Under the pieces are notes generated by a model, which worked only from the letters and a program-made list of their open reading frames with translations, made no database searches and was not told the DNA's origin. Positions 1 through 9,718 of a DNA stretch of 64,000 nt are shown here, in pieces (the stretch's first letter is position 1; every line of letters starts with the position of its first letter). The DNA comes from Polyangiaceae bacterium (GTDB lineage Bacteria > Myxococcota_A > Polyangia > Polyangiales > Polyangiaceae). Position numbers and translations under genes: made by a program. Location of the stretch: assembly GCA_965222375.1 (NCBI GenBank), contig CBDCTZ010000013.1:128001-192000 (forward strand), read 5' to 3'.

Positions 1-471
1 GGTCACCTGCGAGATCAACTGAGCGTGGTAGCTGAAGTCTTCCTGCACGTAGACCAGATCAAAGGGATTGAGCTTTGGGCTGATCAACGGCGTGTTCACG
101 ATCGGGTTGCCACCACTGATCCCCTGCGGCAGCCCCGCCACGTTGTACGTCAGCACGGAGAAGGTCCCACTCGAGGGCCCTGCGCCCCCGCTGCCCCCAA
201 CGGCGCCAGCGCCAGCGACGCCTCCGGCTCCTCCGGTCTGCGCACCTGCGACGCCGCCGCTCGCGGCTCCAGCAACGCCTGCTGTGCCGCCCGCCCCCGC
301 AAGGCCGCCGCCACCAGCCATACCGGCTACGCCCGCACTAGCGCCCTGGCCACTACCACCGCTACCGCCATCGCTGTCCGAAGATCCCGAACACGCCAGC
401 GCCAGCGACGCCGCTAACCCAACGCAACCAAGCCCCCACCAACGTGCCCACGTCTTCGTCGAGCTAGTCAC
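1..471 (-). CDS. Endonuclease/exonuclease/phosphatase (EEP) family lipoprotein; only the 5' part is in the window (runs off the left edge)
   Basis: Manual minus-strand translation from GTG at 471: signal peptide/lipobox (LALAC), long Gly/Ala/Ser linker, then [11 protein letters not shown]...VYVQEDF, typical EEP N-terminal motifs. The Pro-rich + strand ORF is its shadow. Confidence 0.75.
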   Translation of the reverse strand, partial: MTSSTKTWARWWGLGCVGLAASLALACSGSSDSDGGSGGSGQGASAGVAGMAGGGGLAGAGGTAGVAGAASGGVAGAQTGGAGGVAGAGAVGGSGGAGPSSGTFSVLTYNVAGLPQGISGGNPIVNTPLISPKLNPFDLVYVQEDFSYHAQLISQVT

Positions 472-528
472 AGTATTTGGCTAGCATGAAATGTCCGCAG
501 GGGCGCGCCGCGGCGGCCAGTCATCAAG

Positions 529-807
529 CTAGGCAGTCGCCGAAGCGTGATCGCACAAGCGGGGTTGGCTCGTCATGGCAGAGCCGGACAATGCTTTGGC
601 GCGCAGGGTCATTGTTGGAGCGTCGTACTCCGCCTCCACCGCCGCCATGGCACGGGTGCGCCGGTAGTTCGCCACCCAGCTGATGGCCTTGCCGCTCGTC
701 CACATCACTCCCGCGATGGTGGCGCTCACGGCACAGCCTGCACAAACACCCATGACGCTTCCAAGCGTATCATCTGGCTGGCGCTCAGCCAGTGAGGTCG
801 CGCTCAA
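529..807 (-). CDS. Small hypothetical protein (92 aa)
   Basis: TTG start overlaps the stop of the upstream membrane gene; one hydrophobic segment (CAGCAVSATIAGVMW). Confidence 0.45.
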   Translation of the reverse strand: MSATSLAERQPDDTLGSVMGVCAGCAVSATIAGVMWTSGKAISWVANYRRTRAMAAVEAEYDAPTMTLRAKALSGSAMTSQPRLCDHASATA

Positions 808-1346
808 TCATCGTCGTCATCGTCCCGATCTTCTGTCTCAGCGTCGCTCGCGCGCTGCGTATCGGCATTCGCCTTGAACTCCGCCGCGGCTCCTGCGGGC
901 ATGAACGCGTTGGCCGCACCGTGCTCGTACACTAGAGCCCCCCCCGCCTGCCCAACTCGATACCCCAGCCCCAACACGGCTAGGGTTCCCAAAACCGACA
1001 CAGCCGCGACCGCCCGAGCGCGCTCTTCTCGGCGAAATAGAAGCGCTCCCCCCGCAAGCAACAGCACGGCAAAGGTCCCCGCCATGAACACTTTCGCGGC
1101 ATCCTCGTGCTCGTCGATCGCCGCGTCCCCGACGAAGCGCTCCACGCGCTCTTCGTCGTGTTCTCCGGTTTGCATCGACGCGAACCCGCTGACCGCGAGC
1201 ATTATTTGCGCGCCCACCACGAGCCACCAGGCCCGCTTCGGAAGCGATCCACGCCTCCAGGCGAACCAAACGACTCCCGCCAGGATAGGCATGAGAACTG
1301 CTAAAGCGATGGGCAGGTGAACGATCTTGGGATGGAGCAAGTCCAT
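804..1346 (-). CDS. DUF2231-like membrane protein
   Basis: MDLLHPKIVHLPIAL start after an AGGAGG RBS; 4 TM helices; conserved His pattern (HPxxVH, EHE, GGxLVYxHG). Confidence 0.75.
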   Translation of the reverse strand: MDLLHPKIVHLPIALAVLMPILAGVVWFAWRRGSLPKRAWWLVVGAQIMLAVSGFASMQTGEHDEERVERFVGDAAIDEHEDAAKVFMAGTFAVLLLAGGALLFRREERARAVAAVSVLGTLAVLGLGYRVGQAGGALVYEHGAANAFMPAGAAAEFKANADTQRASDAETEDRDDDDDD

Positions 1347-1442
1347 GTGTAGCCTCCTTTGGCTCGAGGCTTTCAGGATGGGGGCGACGCGGTCGAAGGA
1401 GCCATCCGCCGAATGTGATACGCCAGCTTTACGAGGCGAAAA

Positions 1443-2024
1443 TTGAGCGACGCTCCGGCAGATGGCGCACAGCACACCCCCAACGAAGTCTGGCTAGTCC
1501 TGCTCTTCGTAGGGATCTCCGTGCTCGCAGGCTGGGATGTGCTGAGCGATCTGGCCGAGGGAACCACGCTGCAGCACGTCGCGGTGGAAAGTGTGGCGCT
1601 CGCTTTGGCCCTAGCTGGCGCCGTTTGGGCGGCGCAACGCTTGCGCGCGCTGCGTGCCGAGTCGCGGGAGCTTCGCGATGAGTCGAGTCAGCTCCAACAG
1701 CGCCTGGCTTCCGCTCGACAGGACGCCCAGCGCTGGCAGTCCGAAGTGCAAAGCCTGGTGCGAGGACTCAGCTCCGCCATCGACACCCAGCTCGAGAGCT
1801 GGAAGCTCACCGGAGCCGAAAAAGAGATTGCGCTGCTCCTCCTCAAGGGCCTGAGCCACAAAGAAATCGCGGCGGTGCGCCAGGTCAGCGAAGCGACGGT
1901 GCGGCAGCAGTCCCGCGCCGTGTACCGCAAGGCGGGCCTGAGCGGGCGCCACGATCTGGCTGCGTTTTTCCTGGAAGACTTGCTAGCGCCTGCCGAGCCG
2001 CCGGATCCGAACGCCGCGCGGTGA
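1443..2024 (+). CDS. Membrane-anchored LuxR-family HTH transcriptional regulator
   Basis: Two N-terminal TM helices, a coiled coil, then the LuxR HTH LTGAEKEIALLLLKGLSHKEIAAVRQVSEATVR. Confidence 0.85.
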   Translation: MSDAPADGAQHTPNEVWLVLLFVGISVLAGWDVLSDLAEGTTLQHVAVESVALALALAGAVWAAQRLRALRAESRELRDESSQLQQRLASARQDAQRWQSEVQSLVRGLSSAIDTQLESWKLTGAEKEIALLLLKGLSHKEIAAVRQVSEATVRQQSRAVYRKAGLSGRHDLAAFFLEDLLAPAEPPDPNAAR

Positions 2025-2035
2025 CGCGACGACGC

Positions 2036-3325
2036 TCAGTCAACGTTGAGCAGACGACGCAGGATGTCGAAGCCTTGAACGAAATGCTCGAGCTTCGCCT
2101 GCTCGTTGGGCGCGTGATAGTAGGTGCTGCGCCCGAAGCCCGTTATCTGTACGTCGAAGCCGCGCCGCTGGAGATCGCGCACCAGCGGCAGCGAGCCGGT
2201 CATGCTGTAGGCGTTGGCTTCCTCGCCCCTGGCTGCGGTGATGGCCGCCTTGAGTTGTTTCAATCCCGGGGAATCCAAGCGGCAGGCAATACCCTCCATG
2301 GATCGCCCCTTGCGACTGAGCTTCAGCTTGCCTCGAACGCCGCCCACAGTCCGAGTCCGCGGAAAGCCTCTCGGCGGATCGTCCTTTTCAAGGCGCGCAT
2401 CTAGATCCTCGATGAACCCGATCGCGCCGCCGATGGCTTCTTCGATGTCATAGAAAGGCGTGAGCCGGATGTCGCCCTGCACCACGGCCGTGCCCGGCAC
2501 CTTGGTGATCTTGTTGTTGGGCACGTCGATGATGGTCGCCTTCAAGGTCGAAGACGTGACGAATCCCCAGCGCTCCTCGTCGGGATGGGGCGGAAACTTT
2601 GCATTGAACCAATGCACCAGCGCCTGGCTGGCGGCCCCACCGAGTTCGAGGGCATTCACGCAGTTGTGCGTCATGCCCGAATGGCCCGTCACTCCGGTGA
2701 CTCGCAGCTCCCACATCGCCGTTCCGCCGGTTCCGACGGTCGGGCCGAAATCTGCGCTGTCCAACCAGTAGATGGTGCCATCCATCAGATCATCGAGCTT
2801 CCCCTGGTCCACGACGTGGTCCAGACCAATCTCGGGCAACGGCGCCTCTTCTTCATTGGCGATGAAGACGACCTTTAGGGTTTGGGTCGGCCGCACGTTG
2901 GTCTCCGCCATCTGGGCAAGCAGATCCGTGACCACGGCCACGTGACCCAGGCAGTCCGTGACGCCGCGACCGTACAGAGTGCCGTCGTCCCCAACCCACA
3001 GGGCGAAGGGGTCACGCTCCCAACCTTCCTTCTCAGGATCTGCGGGCACGACGTCGAAGTGCGCTCCGACAAAGCCAACGATGCCATCGCCGGTCCCTTT
3101 GACCGTGAGCACCAGGCTCGGTCGGGCTTCGTGGCCCGGTGCTGCCAGGCTTTCGACCTCGATGAAGCCGGAGTCGATGTGCGGCTTCAGAGTGTCGAGC
3201 ACGAGCTGCGCAGGAAGGCGCTCCTCGGGGATGAGCGCGACGTCGGGGGAGTTCTGTAGCTTCGGAGTCATCGCGATCAGCTGTGTGAGCAGATCGACGA
3301 ATCGCTTCTGATTGAGGGCGAGCAC
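2036..3325 (-). CDS. M20 family metallopeptidase / acetylornithine deacetylase-like
   Basis: GAHFDVVP, YGRGVTDCLG, ANEE, GHS and YHAPNE motifs. Confidence 0.85.
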   Translation of the reverse strand: MLALNQKRFVDLLTQLIAMTPKLQNSPDVALIPEERLPAQLVLDTLKPHIDSGFIEVESLAAPGHEARPSLVLTVKGTGDGIVGFVGAHFDVVPADPEKEGWERDPFALWVGDDGTLYGRGVTDCLGHVAVVTDLLAQMAETNVRPTQTLKVVFIANEEEAPLPEIGLDHVVDQGKLDDLMDGTIYWLDSADFGPTVGTGGTAMWELRVTGVTGHSGMTHNCVNALELGGAASQALVHWFNAKFPPHPDEERWGFVTSSTLKATIIDVPNNKITKVPGTAVVQGDIRLTPFYDIEEAIGGAIGFIEDLDARLEKDDPPRGFPRTRTVGGVRGKLKLSRKGRSMEGIACRLDSPGLKQLKAAITAARGEEANAYSMTGSLPLVRDLQRRGFDVQITGFGRSTYYHAPNEQAKLEHFVQGFDILRRLLNVD

Positions 3326-3438
3326 GACCGCCAGAACCTGGTCCGAAGGCGCTGCGGGGTCAAATAAAACCGAATAGTGTCGGTGGCTTGGCTGCAGCAG
3401 GGCCGTCCTGCTGCCCCTGGCGGCTATGCTTCGGCGCC

Positions 3439-4200
3439 ATGCGTCCCGTGATTATTGGGGCCGGCCGTGGCAGCCGGCTCGGACCCGAAACGAACACAAT
3501 CCCCAAGACCATGGTGCCGGTGATGGGCCGCCCCATGCTGGACTGGATCCTCGACGCCCTCGCCGAGGTGGGCTTTCAACGGCGGGATGTGGTCTTCATC
3601 AGCGGCTACGCCGAAGACGTCGTACGTGGCCGGTATCCGGAATTCACGTTCGTGCGCAACGCGGATTGGGAGAACAACAACATCCTGCACAGCCTGCTGT
3701 GCGCCCGCGAGTACTTGCTTGACGGGTTCATCTCGACCTATGCCGACATCGTGTACGACGGCGAGATTGCCAAGAACCTAATGGCCAGCCGGGAGCACAT
3801 CGCCTTGGGTTGCGACACTGCCTGGCGCCGCCGCTACGTCGAGCGCAAGCAGCACCCGGAATCCGACGCGGAGAAACTGCGGGCAGCGAACACCCGCGTG
3901 ACAGAGCTCTCGCGCAACATTCCGAGTGAAGAGGCACAAGGTGAGTTCATCGGTGTGATGAAACTGAGCCCTGAGGGCGCTGGACAGCTTCTGGCAGCCT
4001 TCGACGAAGTCGCCGCTTCGCCACCCGAAGGCGAGTGGCGCGAAGGGCGCAGCTTCAAGAAAGCGTACCTCATCGACTTGTTGCAGCACATGCTCGAGCG
4101 GGGCGCCACCATGCATCGCGTCGACACTCCCGGCGCTTACATGGAAATCGATACCCTTGAGGACTTGGGGCACGCCAAGAAGTGGTGGGAAAGCCGCTGA
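3439..4200 (+). CDS. Nucleotidyltransferase (phosphocholine cytidylyltransferase / LicC-like)
   Basis: IIGAGRGSRL...PK, YADIV, EFIGV and EIDTLEDL motifs. Confidence 0.85.
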   Translation: MRPVIIGAGRGSRLGPETNTIPKTMVPVMGRPMLDWILDALAEVGFQRRDVVFISGYAEDVVRGRYPEFTFVRNADWENNNILHSLLCAREYLLDGFISTYADIVYDGEIAKNLMASREHIALGCDTAWRRRYVERKQHPESDAEKLRAANTRVTELSRNIPSEEAQGEFIGVMKLSPEGAGQLLAAFDEVAASPPEGEWREGRSFKKAYLIDLLQHMLERGATMHRVDTPGAYMEIDTLEDLGHAKKWWESR

Positions 4201-4976
4201 TGCTGGAGCGTTTGAACTTCGAGGGCGTGATTGAGGCCCTCGAACGCCTGGGTCCGCCAGGGCTGCTGGCCTTCGATGCGGATGGCACTTTGTGGAGCGG
4301 GGATGCCGGTGAGGACGTGTTCGTGCATGCGATTCAGGAGGGCTTTCTGAAAGAGGCGCACATCGAAGAAGCGCTGCGCGATGTGGCCCGGGACGCGAGG
4401 CTGTCTCCCGAAGGCAGCGTCGGCGAACTATGCATGAGGATTTTCGACGCCTACAACGCTGGCAGCTTCGACGAACGCTTGGTGTGCGAGGTCATGACAT
4501 GGTGCTACGCGGGCCACAGCGTTCAGGACATGCTGAACTTTGCCAAAGAAGCGCTGCATGGTGTTGCACCGGGTCGCGTGCCCCTGGCCGATCGCTTCAA
4601 CCCAGCGCTCGTGGCCATCTTGGAGTGGGCGCGTGGGCGCGGCTGCCGCTGCGTGGTTGTGAGCGCATCACCAAAGTTCGTTCTCGACGCCGGCGCCGCG
4701 CGCCTAGGCTTCGCCCCTGAAGACATCGTAGGTGCGCGACCCGTCCTGGACGGAGATCAGATCCAAGCACGCATGGACGGCGAGGTGCCTTATGGTCCCG
4801 ACAAGGCCGCCCAGGGCGCACTCCTGACCAACGGAGGCCCCTGGCTCGCGAGTTTCGGTGACAGCCAATTCGACATCGATCTGCTGCGCTGCGCGAGGTT
4901 GGCCGTCGGTGTCACGCCCAAGCCCACCCTGCGAGAGTCCCTGGCGCAACTCGATTTCTCCTGCGAACTCGTGTGA
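4200..4976 (+). CDS. HAD-superfamily hydrolase (SerB-like, subfamily IB)
   Basis: FDADGTLW motif I, VVSAS motif II, K and GDSQFD motif IV; TGATG coupling with the upstream gene. Confidence 0.85.
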   Translation: MLERLNFEGVIEALERLGPPGLLAFDADGTLWSGDAGEDVFVHAIQEGFLKEAHIEEALRDVARDARLSPEGSVGELCMRIFDAYNAGSFDERLVCEVMTWCYAGHSVQDMLNFAKEALHGVAPGRVPLADRFNPALVAILEWARGRGCRCVVVSASPKFVLDAGAARLGFAPEDIVGARPVLDGDQIQARMDGEVPYGPDKAAQGALLTNGGPWLASFGDSQFDIDLLRCARLAVGVTPKPTLRESLAQLDFSCELV

Positions 4977-5144
4977 ACGCTGGGCTGCGGGCCTCCCGCA
5001 CGGCGCCGGTCTGCCCGCGGGGTTGGCTTGTTGGTTTTTGGGGGTCGTGGCGTTGGGGCGGCGCCGGGCCACTAATCTCGCGAAGGGCCGAGCTTGGCGG
5101 ATGCACCCGTGGTCTCATCGACAAGATTCGCTCGGTATCCCTCG

Positions 5145-5480
5145 TCAATGATCCGCTACGCCGGGCGTATGCGCGTGCGCCCATTCCTCCGGCGTCGGGG
5201 GCGGGCCCGCGGGCTCGTCAAGTCGATAACAATGGGTTTGACCGTTGCCCGTGTTGACGCATCGGTAGTCGGCCCATCTTTGGCACCCAATGGCGCGCCT
5301 AGTGCCTACGGCCAAACCTACTACGTGCACCTGCTCCTTCGGACACCGGAGCTCCTTCGCGGCTTTCCCCCTGACCATGCTGCTCATGCCGCACGACAAG
5401 CAACTCACTGCCGCCAGGAGCAGCCAGGCCCAGCGTCGATAGTCCACGCAGGCTCGAACTGATTCAGCTCGTCCGAGCAT
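5145..5480 (-). CDS. Hypothetical Cys-containing lipoprotein
   Basis: Hydrophobic stretch with lipobox (CLSC); AAKELRCP...GC...YRC pattern common in myxobacterial lipoproteins. Start uncertain. Confidence 0.55.
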   Translation of the reverse strand: MLGRAESVRACVDYRRWAWLLLAAVSCLSCGMSSMVRGKAAKELRCPKEQVHVVGLAVGTRRAIGCQRWADYRCVNTGNGQTHCYRLDEPAGPPPTPEEWAHAHTPGVADH

Positions 5481-5483
5481 GGG

Positions 5484-6449
5484 TCAATCACCACTCAGCA
5501 CGGATGCGTGAAGCGACTCGTCAATCTTCCCGCCTGAAACCACCACATGCCCGGGCGACGACGGGCGAAAGAGGCGCCAGTCCTCCCCTGCGCTCCCCGA
5601 CGGAAATACCACCAGCCTAAGACCATCCGACAAGGAGAGCACCACTCCCCCAAAGTCATCGGCGTCGACGGCCTCGACAACGAGTCCGTCACTCTCGTTC
5701 GCGTACGATCGTTTCCCGGGAGCATAAGTCCCAAGCAACTCACCGATCCGGCGATCTTGCAGATTGCCCTGCTCGTAGTCCCACGCGTCGAAATCAAGTT
5801 CCTCCCTCGGATCGGCGGGCTCCCAGAGGTCCGACCGTCCTGTGACAATCCCTCGCGGCCCGTCAATCCGCCACGGACACTGAAGGTGCAGCACGAGTTG
5901 GCCCGAATCGCCACCGTCTGGCAGTGGAGTAACAAGGCCGAAGTGAAATCCACGAAGATCGGCGGCACGCCGTGCGATCGACAGCTTCTGGCCGACCAAG
6001 TGAGCCAGATGGCGCAGAACTTGGGCCTTGATCGTCGGTCGCGGAAGCCCGAGACCCATCATGGCCTCGTCCAGTTCTCCTTCCAGCAGCGGTTCGCGTG
6101 GGATCTCGTACTCCGTGATCGGCTCACCATCGTCGCCGAATCGAACCGTGAACCTTACACAGCGCTTTCTTGCGTGATCGAGCGACGTTGTGACGATCAT
6201 CTCCTCGAGAGGCCGCCCTCGCTCGGCCAAGCCGATGAAGAGATCGCCGGGGCCGCACTGCCAGGTTGGGTTTTCGATCCGTAGCCTCCGCAAGTGGGGC
6301 AACGCCGTCGTGTGAAAGAACCCGCGAAGAACATGGTCGTTCTGCCCCCACACGAACGCGACGCTCGTGTGCGGCTGCACAGACACGCTCTTGCAGAGCC
6401 GCGCACACTCTGGCCACGAGAGAAGTTCCGCCTCAGTCTTGGTTTTCAC
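5484..6449 (-). CDS. Hypothetical protein, probably two-domain
   Basis: 321-aa ORF with natural composition; the C-terminal half (LVGQKLSIARRAADLRGFHFG...LHLQCPWRI...EDWRLF) looks like a conserved uncharacterised domain. Confidence 0.65.
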   Translation of the reverse strand: MKTKTEAELLSWPECARLCKSVSVQPHTSVAFVWGQNDHVLRGFFHTTALPHLRRLRIENPTWQCGPGDLFIGLAERGRPLEEMIVTTSLDHARKRCVRFTVRFGDDGEPITEYEIPREPLLEGELDEAMMGLGLPRPTIKAQVLRHLAHLVGQKLSIARRAADLRGFHFGLVTPLPDGGDSGQLVLHLQCPWRIDGPRGIVTGRSDLWEPADPREELDFDAWDYEQGNLQDRRIGELLGTYAPGKRSYANESDGLVVEAVDADDFGGVVLSLSDGLRLVVFPSGSAGEDWRLFRPSSPGHVVVSGGKIDESLHASVLSGD

Positions 6450-6787
6450 GGTGAACTCAGCTCAGAGATTCGGTGGGCTCTCGCTGATACCTCGAACAAG
6501 AACACTACACATCATTGCAGGCCGGCGCCATTGTCAACTCACCGGACCGGGACGCTTCAACCGGTTTCGTCCGCCCTTCAGTCGCCTGTCCTGCTCCGCG
6601 ATCGACTGCTTCGTTCTCATGTTTCGGGCGATCGACGCTTTGGGCGATGCAGGGTCTGAACGACCCTCGCCTTGGGGGCGTCGCGTGCCTCCGCAGATGA
6701 GCGCGCTACCGATGGGAAGGACGACTGGATCATCCGAATCCCACCATACTTCGGGTACGTCTGGGACCGTCAGTCTGCGCGGTGCCG

Positions 6788-7204
6788 CTATGCCTTCTTG
6801 GCCCGCGGTTTCTTGGTCGTCGCGACGGTTTTCTTCCGAGCCGTCTGGGACCGCGCCTTCTTGGCGCGGGGCTTCTTGGACGAACTTGCGGCGACTGCGG
6901 CTTGGCGAGCTTTACGGGTCCAGGTGCGGAGTTCCTCGGCGTCTTCCAGGACATGCAGGGGCACTTCGAAGTAGGGCATTTGGGAGTCGCCGCGGCCGGG
7001 GAATTGCCCCATGCCTTCGGCTTCGTAGTCGGGGCGGTTGGTGTCGTCGACGCGGAGGCAAAAGCGGCCCGAGCTGGTGATGATGGCGCAGAAGACTTCG
7101 TCGATGTAAACGCCAGTGCCGCCGAACATGCTTCGGGAGCGGATGGTGCCAGCTTCCTCGAGCTGGTCGAGGACGTAGTTGGTGAATTGAGATCCTTTGG
7201 GCAC
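6788..7204 (-). CDS. TfoX/Sxy N-terminal domain protein with Lys-rich tail
   Basis: RSRSMFGGTGVY, LRVDD, MPYFEVP motifs; GTG start after a GAAGGAAG RBS-like sequence. Confidence 0.85.
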   Translation of the reverse strand: MPKGSQFTNYVLDQLEEAGTIRSRSMFGGTGVYIDEVFCAIITSSGRFCLRVDDTNRPDYEAEGMGQFPGRGDSQMPYFEVPLHVLEDAEELRTWTRKARQAAVAASSSKKPRAKKARSQTARKKTVATTKKPRAKKA

Positions 7205-7242
7205 GTTGCTTCCTTCTCTGTAGGTGGACTGGGCTCGGTCGT

Positions 7243-7619
7243 TCAAGCGCACAGCTTGTCGAGGAATTCCTTGAGGCTCGTCTTGTTCATGACCATGCTG
7301 GCGGCGATCTTGTAGGGATCGAAGTCGCGCAGGACGCCGTCAGCGACCTTCAGGCGAAGGAAGATTTTGCCGTCGACGATTTCGCCTTCAGCGGAGTGGA
7401 CGTCGATGAGGTATTCGGAGATGAAGGCAGCTAGGCGGGCGGGTAGGCACGGTCTTCTTCTTCGACTTGCTGGGCGTCGACCCAGATGCTCAAAGGTTCT
7501 AGGGCCTGCTTCAGATCGAGGGGCGCACCGGACTCGTGCAGACCGACGTCTTCGAGAAACTCGGTCAGCATGGGACGCGACTCCTCGATCACTTGTTGGG
7601 CTCGGGCGTCGTTGGTCAT
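7243..7619 (-). pseudogene. Frameshifted hypothetical protein (~125 aa), or sequencing error
   Basis: Frame 1 (MTNDARAQQVIEES...EEEDRAY) stops at 7431; frame 2 continues ARLAAFISEYLID...LDKLCA. The break is at ~7440-7445. Confidence 0.6.
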
Positions 7620-7902
7620 GCGCGGGAGAGGTTAGCAGCAAAGTGCCCAGCCGCGAGCGTCAACCTGAGCGTGGCTGCAGGCGCCCGTGCGTCACTTCAT
7701 AGGCGTTACGAGGTGTTGGGCTCCAGCGACAGGTGGCCCGGGTATCGCCGGCACAACTCGGAGCGGACGTGAAGATGGGTGGGGGCGGGGTTGCCCGACC
7801 CGAGATCGCGGGGGGCGGCCCAGAGCGGCCTAAAGCGGGAGTCGTGGCCCAAATCGGTCCAAAGACGCGACCCAAACCCAAGCGAACTAGGCCAAATAGC
7901 CT

Positions 7903-7930
7903 TTGACTTCACGCAGATACGACCTATATA
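7903..7930 (+). promoter_or_regulatory. Candidate sigma70-type promoter with overlapping AT-rich quasi-palindrome
   Basis: TTGACT (7903-7908), 16 nt, TATATA (7925-7930); ATATACGCATATAT is an imperfect dyad just upstream of the ATG at 7943. Confidence 0.35.
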
Positions 7931-7942
7931 CGCATATATCCG

Positions 7943-8899
7943 ATGCGTCTTTTACTGGCGCTCCTCGTCGCTTGCTTTGCGCTGGCGTGCTCGCCTCGTG
8001 AGGAGGACGGCAGGGCGCTACGCGTCGGCTACTTCGCTCGGCTCACCCACGCGCCGGCGCTGACGGGGATCCAGAGCGGGCGCTTTCGGGATGCGCTGCC
8101 GGGGGTCGAACTGTCGGCGCATGGCTTCGAGTTCGGCAACGCGGCGATGGAGGCCATGTTCGCGCGCGAAATCGATATCGCGTACCTCGGGCCGAATCCG
8201 GCGATCAATGGGCACCTGCGTTCCGGAGGCGACATTCGTTTGATCGCGGGTGCGGCCCAGGGTGGCTCGGCGTTCATCGTTCGTCAGGCGGCGGGGATTG
8301 GGTCGGCCGCGGACTTGGCGCGCAAACGGATCGCGAGCCCGCAGATTGCGAGTACCCAGGACATCGCGTTGCGTCGCTATCTGCGCAAACACGGATTGGG
8401 CACCACCTTGGATGGAGGCAGCGTAAACGTGTTGCCCCTGGCAACGCCGTTCATCCTGTCTCTCTTTGCTCAGGGTGAAATCGACGGAGCTTGGGTCAGC
8501 GAGCCCGTGGCGAGCCAGTTGCTTGCGATGCCGGGCGCCAAAGTGCTGGTCGATGAAAAGGACGAATGGCCAGGCGGACAGTACACGGCGACGGTCGTTG
8601 TGGTCCGGCGGGCATATCTCGAAGCATACCCTGACAACGTGTGGCGCTTTGCGGGCGCCCACCGTCGCGAGATCGAGTGGATCAACGTGAAGCGGAAGAC
8701 GGCATTGTCACTGGCGCTCGTCGCGATGAAACAGCTGGCGGGGCGAGACGTGCCATCGGAGATTGCGAAGACGGCCTGGGCGCGGATCCGGGTAAGCGCC
8801 GATCCCCTTCCCCAGACCATTCCCCGACTGGCCGAGGATGCGCGGGCGGCACGTTTTCTACCTCCCGGCGATCTGAGCGGATTGGTGGTCACGCCGTGA
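7943..8899 (+). CDS. ABC transporter substrate-binding lipoprotein, aliphatic sulfonate/nitrate (SsuA-like)
   Basis: Lipobox LAC; LRVGYF..LTHAPAL, IDIAYLGPNPAIN, PQxASTQDIALR, DGAWVSEP motifs. Confidence 0.85.
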   Translation: MRLLLALLVACFALACSPREEDGRALRVGYFARLTHAPALTGIQSGRFRDALPGVELSAHGFEFGNAAMEAMFAREIDIAYLGPNPAINGHLRSGGDIRLIAGAAQGGSAFIVRQAAGIGSAADLARKRIASPQIASTQDIALRRYLRKHGLGTTLDGGSVNVLPLATPFILSLFAQGEIDGAWVSEPVASQLLAMPGAKVLVDEKDEWPGGQYTATVVVVRRAYLEAYPDNVWRFAGAHRREIEWINVKRKTALSLALVAMKQLAGRDVPSEIAKTAWARIRVSADPLPQTIPRLAEDARAARFLPPGDLSGLVVTP

Positions 8900-9651
8900 C
8901 TCGACAGCGCATCACCCGCGCCGCGACCTTGGTGGGCGCTTTGGCTCTGTGGCAGTTGGTGGCGTGGCTGGGCCCCTTGCCTGCGCATGTGCTGCCTGGT
9001 CCCAGAGCGGTCATTTCGTCCATGTTGGCTGGGATTCAGGATGGCACCCTGGTCTCAGGGGTGGGCGTGAGCTTGCGGCGGCTGGCGCTGGGCTATGGGG
9101 TGTCGAGCGCCCTCGGAATCTGTCTGGGGATTGCGATGGGACGCTCCAAGGCCGTCGAGGGCGTTTTGGGAACTTTGGTGGCGGGGCTCCAGCCGTTGCC
9201 GAGCATTTGCTGGATGCCCCTGGCGTTGATTTGGTTTGGGCTGAACGAAAAGGCGATCTTATTCGTGGTGGTGCTCGCGACTCTGGGCACGGTGGCACTC
9301 TCAGTGCGGGATGCAGTGCTTGGGATCCCGACCCTGTGGATTCGAGCTGCCGCGAACATGGGGCTCTCAGGGGCGCGACTCTGGTGGCGGGTGCTGCTGC
9401 CCGCCGCATTGCCAGGCACTTTGACGGGGCTGCGGATCGGATGGAGCTACGCTTGGCGTGCGTTGATGGCCGGCGAACTCTTGTTCGTGGCGGGCGGCTT
9501 GGGACAGGTGATGCACGTGGGGCGAGAACTGAACGACATGGCGCGTGTGCTGGCGGGCATGGTGGCGATCGTAGTGCTCGGACTGCTCTTCGACAACGTG
9601 CTGCTGGGCAGCGTGGAGCAGCGAATGCGACGCAAGTGGGGCCTGGCCTGA
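8896..9651 (+). CDS. ABC transporter permease (SsuC/TauC family)
   Basis: LPGP, SLRRLALG, LQPLPSICW, EAA-like loop (RAAANMG), AWRALMAGE; GTGA overlap with the upstream gene. Confidence 0.88.
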   Translation: MTRQRITRAATLVGALALWQLVAWLGPLPAHVLPGPRAVISSMLAGIQDGTLVSGVGVSLRRLALGYGVSSALGICLGIAMGRSKAVEGVLGTLVAGLQPLPSICWMPLALIWFGLNEKAILFVVVLATLGTVALSVRDAVLGIPTLWIRAAANMGLSGARLWWRVLLPAALPGTLTGLRIGWSYAWRALMAGELLFVAGGLGQVMHVGRELNDMARVLAGMVAIVVLGLLFDNVLLGSVEQRMRRKWGLA

Positions 9652-9718
9652 GCCGCCCGCAGCGGGACTTTCGCGGCTTTGCCTCGCTGCTTGTCGCGCT
9701 GTGCCCGGCGCGCTAGCC

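Noticed and set aside
68..484. Pro-rich + strand ORF
   Set aside because: Antisense shadow of the Gly-rich linker of the minus-strand EEP lipoprotein.
6509..6537. TTGACA hexamers (6537 on the minus strand; also 11245 and 59964 on the plus strand) as sigma70 promoters
   Set aside because: No convincing -10 element at 16-18 nt, so not reported as features.
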